Shown piece after piece: positions 16,939 through 24,529 of a stretch of DNA of 52,042 nucleotides. The stretch is taken from IMG/VR virus record IMGVR_UViG_3300021475_000019, positions 1 through 52,042 of that record; one strand, 5' to 3'. The stretch is from a virus. Taxonomy: Duplodnaviria; Caudoviricetes. Each line of letters begins with the position of its first letter. Within the stretch, counting starts at the first letter, position 1. The position numbers were made by a program, and so were the translations under genes. The notes below the pieces were generated by a model that saw nothing but the letters and a program-made list of their open reading frames with translations, ran no database searches and had not been told where the DNA came from.

Positions 16939-19095
16939 TCAAAGCTCCGCGCTCGCCGTCCAAGCAGAATTCCACTGCGCCGCGCCAGTGGCTGTGAGAA
17001 GTCCGTAATCGTTAAATCCACCAACACCGCCAGCTGGCGGTGAGAAGGAAGTAATGTTAGTTACACCAGTACGGTTCATAGTAACCGTTGGTGATGCTCT
17101 CGTAGTTACTGGGTAAGAAAAGAAAGTACCGAGATTTTGAGAAGCGCCGCCATAAACCAAAACGAACGGAGAGCCATTAGAACTGCAATAATACCTCTGG
17201 CAATCGGCCAAGCTCTTGGTCAGCGACTGCCGGTTGTAGGGCGTTGCTACGCTGCCGACCTCAAGCTTGACGCCGGTTATGCTAAGACCCGCGCCGTTAG
17301 TGGCGACGACATTGACTGCGCCGTTCGCACCAACAAAATTTCCTCCTTGCCACAAACCATTCGCAGGACCGCGATAAGTCGCGCCAGTGCCAAGGTCGAA
17401 GGACAAGATGCAGGCGGCTGCATTGCCGCTCATCACCCATGTTCCGCCTGTATCGCCGGGGATAGTAACGACAATTTTCGTATCGGTATTTGCAGCCGGA
17501 ATGGAATAAGTGAACGGATAACTTCGCGTGCCAGCGAAGTTGCTCAGCGAACCGCCAAATGTCCCGGCTAAGGAACTCGCTGCGTGGAAGCTCAGCGTAA
17601 CTGGTTGCGCATTCGCCATCCCCCAACAAAAATCGCTGATCACGTCGGCTTCAATCCTCTGCGTAAAAAGGAAGAAATCGCCCGTCAGCGGCGTGTATGC
17701 CGAGGATGAAGTAAAATTCAAATAGTAAGGAAATCCAGAGGCGCTGCTGCCCGATCCACGAACCCAAGTTCCCCTAGCTGCCTGGGTCGCACTATACTGC
17801 CATCGATCACAGGTATAGCCGCTCGCTGTCCCGCTCGCGCCGCCGTTGCGCTGGTCGATCCGCATGTCGCCGTTGATGATGCGGTTGTCGCCCATCGGCA
17901 CCGGCAGAGCCGAGGTCGCGGCGCCGACAAATGCTGTCGTCGCAAGTTGAGTGGTGTTCGTAGCTGGAGCGGCGGTTGGCGCCGTCGGCAGGCCGGTCAA
18001 CGCTGGCGACGCCAGCGGCGCTCTGGTCGTATCGGTCGGATGAACGTGATCGGCCCGCGCCCACGTCGTGCCTGTTCCGACCGCCGCCGTCCCGTTCATT
18101 AAGGGGGTCGTGGTCGAGGCGACCGGAACCGCCGCCGTCAGCGCGTAGGGCGCGAGCGTCGCCGTCCAATCGGTGATGTCGGTATGCGTCAGATGCGCCC
18201 AGGCTTGGCTCTTGCGGGCGTAAGCCGTGCCGTCGTTTGGCGCGTCGGTCATGCCGCCAGGCGCGACTTGCCAAGCGAGGTTGCGCCGAGCGTAATATTG
18301 CCCGTCGTTTGGCGCCTCGGCGACGCCGGGATTGGCCCACGACAAAGCCGCCGAGCCGTTGGTCGTAAGCACCTGTCCAGCCGAGCCGCCGGGAAGATAG
18401 AACGAGCCCGGTCCTTGCAGGGCGAGCGTCCCGTTGACCGCTGCGCCATTGTTCATGTTCACGGGACCGGCGAAAGCCGTGGCGCCGTCCGCTCGCGCGA
18501 TGGTCAGCCAAGTGCCGAGAAACGTGCCGGTGAGACCATAAGCAGACAGGCTGAAATTCGAGCCGGTGTTGTTCAATCCCTCGGCTGTCTGATCGCCGAG
18601 CTGCAACTGCCACCGCGTGAGCCCTGATGTCTGGCCAAGGATGGCGCGCTGGTTGCCCGCCGCAGCGTTCAACACCATGCTGTTCGGGCCGTTCACGGTC
18701 ATGATGCCGGTGACCGTCAGGCTCCCGGTAATCGTGCCGCCCGTGATGGCGAGCGCGGCGTTCCACGCGCCGTTCATGCGACCATAAGTCGCACCGTCGC
18801 TCGGCGCGTCGGCCTGGATCGGGACTAGCGCCCAGGTCGAATTGAACCGGCCGAAAAGCTGCGTCGTGTTCGGCGCGTCGGGGATGATCTGCGGAATGAC
18901 GACCCAAGCCCCCATGTCGCGGGCGTAGGGCTGCTGATCCATCGGCGCTTCTTCGATGCCGCGCACGTCGGCGATGGTCCTGAGCTGGGCGTCGATCCCA
19001 TCGAGGTTGACGTTCCACTTGTCGCCCCAAGTGTCGTCTGAGGCGCCGACATCGGGCTTCGTCCAGCCGTAGTTGGCGGTGAACGTGTCAGCCAT
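16939..19095 (-). CDS. Tail fibre / receptor-binding protein
   Basis: Repeated DAP.DG..Y.R motifs, SPALTGLPTAPT, DNRIINGDMRIDQR...LADCQRYY carbohydrate-binding-type C-terminus. N-terminus (NYGWTKPDVGAS.DTWG) is shared with 15889-16686. Confidence 0.8.
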   Translation of the reverse strand: MADTFTANYGWTKPDVGASDDTWGDKWNVNLDGIDAQLRTIADVRGIEEAPMDQQPYARDMGAWVVIPQIIPDAPNTTQLFGRFNSTWALVPIQADAPSDGATYGRMNGAWNAALAITGGTITGSLTVTGIMTVNGPNSMVLNAAAGNQRAILGQTSGLTRWQLQLGDQTAEGLNNTGSNFSLSAYGLTGTFLGTWLTIARADGATAFAGPVNMNNGAAVNGTLALQGPGSFYLPGGSAGQVLTTNGSAALSWANPGVAEAPNDGQYYARRNLAWQVAPGGMTDAPNDGTAYARKSQAWAHLTHTDITDWTATLAPYALTAAVPVASTTTPLMNGTAAVGTGTTWARADHVHPTDTTRAPLASPALTGLPTAPTAAPATNTTQLATTAFVGAATSALPVPMGDNRIINGDMRIDQRNGGASGTASGYTCDRWQYSATQAARGTWVRGSGSSASGFPYYLNFTSSSAYTPLTGDFFLFTQRIEADVISDFCWGMANAQPVTLSFHAASSLAGTFGGSLSNFAGTRSYPFTYSIPAANTDTKIVVTIPGDTGGTWVMSGNAAACILSFDLGTGATYRGPANGLWQGGNFVGANGAVNVVATNGAGLSITGVKLEVGSVATPYNRQSLTKSLADCQRYYCSSNGSPFVLVYGGASQNLGTFFSYPVTTRASPTVTMNRTGVTNITSFSPPAGGVGGFNDYGLLTATGAAQWNSAWTASAEL

Positions 19096-19363
19096 GCCGC
19101 CTCCATGGCGTGGGCGGCAGCGGCGCTTGCTGGCTGAACGGCGCGCAGACCATCTCTTGGCCCCAGACGCCGCCGCCGACGATGGCGCACCGGCCGTAAG
19201 GTCCCGCCCCATAGGCCCCGACGCCATAAGGCCTGCGGCAGACGGTGAGCCCCTTCCAGCCCGCATCGTCCAGGCACGGGCCAGGGGGCCAGGGCGCGAG
19301 CGGGGGAACGACCTCAGTCCAGCCTGGATCGCCCTCGCAAGGAGTTGGCGTCCAGGTCGTCAT
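19088..19363 (-). CDS. Hypothetical Cys/Pro/Gly-rich protein
   Basis: ORF coupled to both neighbours (YGVGAYGAGPYG). Confidence 0.5.
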   Translation of the reverse strand: MTTWTPTPCEGDPGWTEVVPPLAPWPPGPCLDDAGWKGLTVCRRPYGVGAYGAGPYGRCAIVGGGVWGQEMVCAPFSQQAPLPPTPWRRHG

Positions 19364-19986
19364 CCAAACGACCTCCGGCGGGGCGTGGTGACGCGCGAGC
19401 CGCTCGCCTTCGATCCGAGGTGAGCGGTGTTCAATTTCTGGATCATGTCCTCGGCGAGCTGCTTGAAATTGGCGGCCGATTGCTCCTCGCCGACGGCGTG
19501 TAGGGCGGCGTGCATCAGCGAGGCGAACAGGTAGAGCTGCGGATGTTTGGTGTAGATCCAGCTCGGCTGCGTGTCGCTGAAAGTCGGGACCTCGCCATAG
19601 TAGGCGAGCTTGTACTCGGTGCCGTCGACCGGATCGGGCTCGCCGCCGAAGTACATCGTGCGGCCGATGATGGTGTAATATTGCCAAGTATGGGTATCGC
19701 GCTGATTGAAGAACTCGTCGCGGGCCTTGTAGCGCGCAGGCAGGAAGCCATCGGCGCCGTTCTCATTGGCGACCCGCACAAGGTCCATCGCCAGCCAGTC
19801 GTCGGGCAATTGCGCGCAGCGCGAGGTGATGATCCCGTCGTCCATCTGGATCATCTCAGCGACCCTAAGCTCTTGATTTAGCTTGCTTTCCGCCATGCGA
19901 ACAAAACTGGTGACGAGCGCGTCACTCCAATCGGCGCGGTTGCTCCACTCCGCGATCTGCGACTTGAGGTCACCGAAGTCGGACAT
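19360..19986 (-). CDS. Head-tail adaptor protein
   Basis: DLKSQIAEWSNRAD...FVRMAESKLNQELR...WIYTKHPQLYLFASL pattern of podovirus adaptors. Confidence 0.7.
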   Translation of the reverse strand: MSDFGDLKSQIAEWSNRADWSDALVTSFVRMAESKLNQELRVAEMIQMDDGIITSRCAQLPDDWLAMDLVRVANENGADGFLPARYKARDEFFNQRDTHTWQYYTIIGRTMYFGGEPDPVDGTEYKLAYYGEVPTFSDTQPSWIYTKHPQLYLFASLMHAALHAVGEEQSAANFKQLAEDMIQKLNTAHLGSKASGSRVTTPRRRSFG

Positions 19987-20106
19987 TAAGCTGCCCTCCT
20001 CCGCAAGGCACGGCTGAGCATTGCTAGGCTAGGCACTCCCTGGCGTGGCGGCGCACGGCGAGGCGGGGCAACGGGGGCGGCTCTGCATTTGCACGCAGAG
20101 CCGCCC
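19964..20106 (+). ncRNA. Stand-alone GGC-NN cassette 3 (promoter, 14 units, hairpin)
   Basis: TTGAGG-17-TAAGCT (19964-19992), units 20002-20071, 12-bp stem gggcggctctgc/gcagagccgccc (20075-20106). Confidence 0.75.
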
Positions 20107-20137
20107 TTAAAGCACGTCCGTGGGAGGACAGACGCGC

Positions 20138-20389
20138 TCATGCCAACCCCATCAACGCGATGCTGTAACGGCCAAAAAGACCGGCGCATTCCGCTAACCT
20201 CCAAATGAACAACAAAATCAGGATCGCGATCACGCCGCCGATCACGATCCTGATGATGTCCCAGTAGGGCGCAGCCGTGATGTTGGCGAACCAGCTTCCA
20301 AACGCCGCCCGAAGCAGCGCGAGGATGACCAGCACGACGATGATGAAGATTGCGACCTTGAAGATCAGGTCCATACCAAAACCGCACAT
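20138..20389 (-). CDS. Small membrane protein (holin-like)
   Basis: Two TM segments, downstream of the endolysin. Confidence 0.55.
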   Translation of the reverse strand: MCGFGMDLIFKVAIFIIVVLVILALLRAAFGSWFANITAAPYWDIIRIVIGGVIAILILLFIWRLAECAGLFGRYSIALMGLA

Positions 20390-20697
20390 TACGGTGGCTC
20401 CTTCCTGCGGCCGAGCCAGTGGGCGACGATGGCGCCGAACCCGGCGACCAACCCGCCGATGGCGCCCGACGTGATCTCGTCGGTGGGGATGGTGAAGAGG
20501 GCGCAGAAGGTGACGAGCGCGAGGAAGGACAGCACGACCAGGAGCGAGATGGTGAGCGTGCCGCCGGTCGCATCGAACTTGCTGGCGACAACGAGCAGGA
20601 TGGTGGTCAGCAAGACCACAATCATCAGGCCCAAGGACGCCGGATAGTCCATGAGCTTCGGCAGCGGATTGGGGGTGACGACGAGCGGATCGGCCAT
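20389..20697 (-). CDS. Membrane protein (holin candidate)
   Basis: Three hydrophobic segments and a basic C-tail, adjacent to the endolysin. Confidence 0.6.
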   Translation of the reverse strand: MADPLVVTPNPLPKLMDYPASLGLMIVVLLTTILLVVASKFDATGGTLTISLLVVLSFLALVTFCALFTIPTDEITSGAIGGLVAGFGAIVAHWLGRRKEPP

Positions 20698-21302
20698 CAG
20701 CCCTTCGCCTTCCATCGTGCGTAGGCGTTGGCCATCTTCTGGTCGTAGGCGTTCGCCGCGTAGCCGGGCCCGTTGTAGCCGCGCGCGAAGGTCGCCCACT
20801 GCTTGGCGCGCAGCGCGGTGTGGAGCTTGGGGTCGGCCTTGATGAAGGCGACGAAGGCATCGAGGTGCGCGGACGCGCCGCCGGTCCACATCGCGTCGAC
20901 AAATTCCTGCGAGTTATCGAAGCCGCAGACGCGGTGGTTCTGGCCGAGGATCTGGAACGTGCCCCAACTGCAGGCCTTGTTGGCCGCGTCGGGGTCGAGC
21001 GCGCGGGCGTCCTCGTAGCGGGCGTGCTGGGCCGCGCCGGTCGCGCCGTAGAGCGCCTTGTTCCAGCTCGGTGAACTCAGCGCGACGCCGCGCCGATCCT
21101 TGGCGTGGGCGTGCTTGCCGCCCGTCTCTTTGTGGAAGACATGGGCCTCGTAGAGGATCGCCGGTCGGCCGTCGGGCAGGAACCCGGCCCCGGCCGCCTC
21201 GACCTCGGCGACGGCGCGGATCGCGGCGACCTCCACGTTCAGCTCCTTGGCGGCGCGGGCGAAGTCGGCATCGGTCAGGGTGCGTTGCGGCTCGTCGGCC
21301 AT
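20697..21302 (-). CDS. Endolysin, N-acetylmuramidase (DUF3380) family
   Basis: AVAEVEA.G.GF...P.ILYEAHVF, SWGTFQILGQN, FARGYNGPGY..N.YD.KM. Confidence 0.9.
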   Translation of the reverse strand: MADEPQRTLTDADFARAAKELNVEVAAIRAVAEVEAAGAGFLPDGRPAILYEAHVFHKETGGKHAHAKDRRGVALSSPSWNKALYGATGAAQHARYEDARALDPDAANKACSWGTFQILGQNHRVCGFDNSQEFVDAMWTGGASAHLDAFVAFIKADPKLHTALRAKQWATFARGYNGPGYAANAYDQKMANAYARWKAKG

Positions 21303-21601
21303 CAGACGCGCCCGTTGTAGACGGCGAAGGCGCGGCCCTCGCCGTTGTACCATTTGCGCCAGTCGCCTTCGTCCCACCCCTCGCGACAGGCGCGCTCGTA
21401 GATAATCGCGGGGACATGATGCGTGAACTTCATGTCCCCGTTGTTGGCCATGATCTCACGGTCGCGCGCCACCGCGTCGAGGATCGGCTCCAGGTCCTGT
21501 TCAGTCAGGATGTGGAACGGACCATCGGGATCGCCATCGTCCCAGATCAAGGTCCTCCTGATCCCGTGGCTGTCGCGGTAGACGCGCTTTCGCTCAGACA
21601 T
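21302..21601 (-). CDS. Conserved phage protein downstream of capsid
   Basis: 99-aa ORF (QDLEPILD...VPAIIYE...W). Confidence 0.65.
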   Translation of the reverse strand: MSERKRVYRDSHGIRRTLIWDDGDPDGPFHILTEQDLEPILDAVARDREIMANNGDMKFTHHVPAIIYERACREGWDEGDWRKWYNGEGRAFAVYNGRV

Positions 21602-21723
21602 TAGGTTGGCCTCGCGCAACGCGAGCCATGGCATGGCAGGGCAGGGCTGGGCCGAGCAAAGCGCGGCCTGGCAATGCAAGGCGAGGCTGGCAAGGCGTGG
21701 GGCGGCGGCCAGTAGGCCGCCGC
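21579..21723 (+). ncRNA. Stand-alone GGC-NN cassette 4 (promoter, 17 units, hairpin)
   Basis: TAGACG-17-TAGGTT (21579-21607), units 21615-21698 (one 4-nt unit), gcggcggcc-agta-ggccgccgc (21702-21723). Confidence 0.75.
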
Positions 21724-21739
21724 TTCTGCTTGCTTAAGC

Positions 21740-22726
21740 TCACTTCTTGATGCCGTTAAACAGAATGTGGGCGAGCGGGTTGCGCATTTCCAGACCCCAT
21801 TCGCAGACGATCATGCGCGTCTCGGCGTCGCCGGTTCTGGCCATTAACAATTGCCTGAAGGCGCGGAAGAACGCGACCGCCGCATAGTCGGGATCGATCA
21901 GGAGCCCGATGTCGGGCTGCAGCCAGCGCGACGGCGCGACCTTCACCCGGCCGAAGTCGGTGGCGATCACGTCGATGGTGCTGACCACCTCGGTCTTGCC
22001 GACCAGGACCTGCGAGGTCGAGCGGCCGGTGAACGAGGAGATCGTGCGCTTCGGGCCCGGCGGGACGATCCACATCGTGGGCGAGCCGCCGTTCTGGTAG
22101 GCCTGCTGCATCGCGTCGCCGAGCATTGCCTCGGTGATGGTCACCTGCACCCCGGCGGCGGGGGCCGCGAAGACATCGGTGGCCGCCACCGGCAGGCCGG
22201 TCACGACGGTGCCGGGCGCGACGGCTGCGGCGACGGTCGAGTTTTTGTCGACGGCGCGGCCGAGCCAGTGGGCGAAGGCCTCGGTGGTCCTCGCGGTGGG
22301 GCCCGTGTCGTTGCCGTCGTTGCGTTGCTGGCGAGAGCAGAGGATGCTCTCCATGTCCGACTTCAACACCTTGGCGGCGAGGGCCATCTGGTGGGCCATC
22401 TCCGACCCCTTGCCCGCCGCGTCGCTCTCCTCCTGCGAGCCTGAGACGGTGGCGTCGCGTTCCGAAATCTGGGTCACATTGTTGCGGCGGATCGTCGGCT
22501 GAGACGGGCCGTTAGCCAGGGCGAACCCTTCAAGTTGGGCGTTGCCAAGGTTAACGAGCGGCAGGAACTCGGTCTGCCAATCGAAGATCCTGTTCTTTAC
22601 ATTGCGCCGCCGGATTGCCGACATAACCGGCGTATCGAACGGGTCAATGTTATAGATGGCGTTGGAGAGATCTTCGCGGTTTGCTTGGGCGTTATAAGTC
22701 GTGAATGCGTTCGTGACCTTGGGCAC
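21740..22726 (-). CDS. Major capsid protein (SU10/DUF5309-like)
   Basis: NREDLSNAIYNIDPFDTP...WQTE.L...NNVTQI...TDFG. Follows the scaffold gene. GTG start with RBS AAGGA. Confidence 0.85.
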   Translation of the reverse strand: MPKVTNAFTTYNAQANREDLSNAIYNIDPFDTPVMSAIRRRNVKNRIFDWQTEFLPLVNLGNAQLEGFALANGPSQPTIRRNNVTQISERDATVSGSQEESDAAGKGSEMAHQMALAAKVLKSDMESILCSRQQRNDGNDTGPTARTTEAFAHWLGRAVDKNSTVAAAVAPGTVVTGLPVAATDVFAAPAAGVQVTITEAMLGDAMQQAYQNGGSPTMWIVPPGPKRTISSFTGRSTSQVLVGKTEVVSTIDVIATDFGRVKVAPSRWLQPDIGLLIDPDYAAVAFFRAFRQLLMARTGDAETRMIVCEWGLEMRNPLAHILFNGIKK

Positions 22727-22833
22727 GGGGTATATCCTTTCGGGCAAGAGGGATCGCCGCCGGTAGTTGGCGGACAATTGGCTCTAGCCCGAAGGTCTAG
22801 ACTATGCGCTCCAGCCCTAAGACTGGACAGTAC

Positions 22834-23988
22834 TTAACGACCACCCCGCAGAAACTGCGCCATCACCACGGCTGCGTCATCGACGCGGCCGGTGCTTGCG
22901 AGCCGTCTCTGGGCGTCGTTCATCGAGCGCGCGGCTCCATTGCCGACGCGCGGGGCCGATCCAGGTTGGAGCGCGCCTTGGCGCTCCGGCTGGACCGGGA
23001 AAGGCTTATTGGCGACCATCTTGTCGTACTTGGCGGCTTTCAGGGCGACCGACAGCATCCGCTCGTCGTAGGTCGTGCCGATCTCGTCCTCGCTGAAGCC
23101 GTGCGCGGCCAAGGTGCGCCGCATGGAGGTGATGGCGTTGTCGACCTCGGTCTGGTTGGCGAGCTTGTTCTTGCTGCGGAACTTGTCGAACTCAGCCCGC
23201 GCGTAGGCCGCGCTGCGCTGGACGTTGTCGTTCCAGGCCTCCTGCTGCGCCTGCGCCCGCCGCTGGCGGATCTGGTTCAGCGTGCCGTAGACCGCCTTGT
23301 AGTTGCTTTCGAGCTGGTGGGCGGCGGCTGGGTCCTGCCGGTAGAGCTGGTCCCAGTCGGGTTCCTTGGGGATGAGCGCCGCGAACTCTTCCTCTTGGCG
23401 CTGGCAGAGCTGGACGTAGGCGTCGCGGGCGTGCATGGCCTCGGCGCCGCGCTGGTCGATGGTCTTGGCGACCTCGACCATTTGCGACATCCGGTGGTTG
23501 AACGTCTCCTCGCGCTGGTAGCCCTTGAGCGCCTCATTGAGGCTGACCTCGCGCTCTTCGCCGTCTACCTGGATCTTGTACCGGGGGGAGGCGTCTTCGC
23601 CTTCGTCCCCATCGGCGCCGGGCCCCTTGTCTGGTTTTTCAGCGTCTGGATCGGCATCGTCGGGGTCTTCCCCGATGCGCTCTGGCGGCTGATCTTGGGC
23701 TGCGTCGTCATTGTCGTTGGCGGGGGCTGGAACACGTTTCGGGGCCCTCTGAGCGGGCTCCCCTTCTTCAGACCGGCCATCGGCAACTCTCCTCTCATGC
23801 TCCAGCAATCGCGGGTCGGGCCCGCCGTCGCGCGTGTCGCCGAACTCGTCGCCCTCAGTCTCGCGCGGTTGGAAGATGTGTTCGGGCTTGGCGGTCGAGA
23901 CGAAGCGGCCAGACTGGTCGCGCTGCCGCGTGGCCTGGGGGATCTCCTGGGCGAACGCCTCGCGGGCCTCGTCGATGCCTTCAGGCAT
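22834..23988 (-). CDS. Capsid scaffolding protein
   Basis: Acidic N-terminus, YKIQVDGEEREVSLNEALKGYQR, coiled-coil, upstream of the capsid gene. Confidence 0.8.
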   Translation of the reverse strand: MPEGIDEAREAFAQEIPQATRQRDQSGRFVSTAKPEHIFQPRETEGDEFGDTRDGGPDPRLLEHERRVADGRSEEGEPAQRAPKRVPAPANDNDDAAQDQPPERIGEDPDDADPDAEKPDKGPGADGDEGEDASPRYKIQVDGEEREVSLNEALKGYQREETFNHRMSQMVEVAKTIDQRGAEAMHARDAYVQLCQRQEEEFAALIPKEPDWDQLYRQDPAAAHQLESNYKAVYGTLNQIRQRRAQAQQEAWNDNVQRSAAYARAEFDKFRSKNKLANQTEVDNAITSMRRTLAAHGFSEDEIGTTYDERMLSVALKAAKYDKMVANKPFPVQPERQGALQPGSAPRVGNGAARSMNDAQRRLASTGRVDDAAVVMAQFLRGGR

Positions 23989-24253
23989 TGCGGGCGCTCC
24001 GCTGGGCGTCGATGCGGTAATTGTCGAGGAGGGCGCCGAGAGCCAGGGGGATGACATCGAGGGCGCGCAGGCGAGCGGCCAATTCGTCCTGCTTCGGGCC
24101 CGCGTGCGGCAGGTCGACCAGCTCGTTGAACCATTGCTGCCGGAGCGCCCGGTAAACGTGGCCGAACGCCTGATCGTTCAATAGAGCTTTAGCGGAGGCC
24201 GCGAGTTCCCGGCGCTCGCTAAGGTTCTCGATCTTTTCCCGACTGCCCAGCAT
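23981..24253 (-). CDS. Small phage protein between portal and scaffold
   Basis: 90-aa helical ORF in a conserved position. Confidence 0.6.
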   Translation of the reverse strand: MLGSREKIENLSERRELAASAKALLNDQAFGHVYRALRQQWFNELVDLPHAGPKQDELAARLRALDVIPLALGALLDNYRIDAQRSARNA

Positions 24254-24325
24254 CGCACGGTTGCCACAGCAACCGGTGTTGTCACGTGGACAACACTACT
24301 GGTTGCTTGGATAAATACTTCGGAT

Positions 24326-24529
24326 TTACCCTTCGGGCAAGCGCCTGCGTCCGTCGAAGCCATCCAGCGGGTAGAGCGCCAGGAGCGTCGCCTCGAACAT
24401 CTCGTCGTCGTCTTCGGGGTCCCAACCGTCCGCCTCCCGACGCTCGCGGCGGACCAGCTCCTTGACCAAGAGCTTGAGCGCCTTCCGCTTCCACCAATCG
24501 GGCTCGACGAACACCCGCATGTCCATCAC
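24326..24529 (-). CDS. Hypothetical protein
   Basis: 67-aa ORF overlapping the portal stop. Confidence 0.45.
   Translation of the reverse strand: MMDMRVFVEPDWWKRKALKLLVKELVRRERREADGWDPEDDDEMFEATLLALYPLDGFDGRRRLPEG

Noticed and set aside
16939-17830. Diversity-generating retroelement target
   Set aside because: No reverse transcriptase and no template/variable repeat pair were seen.
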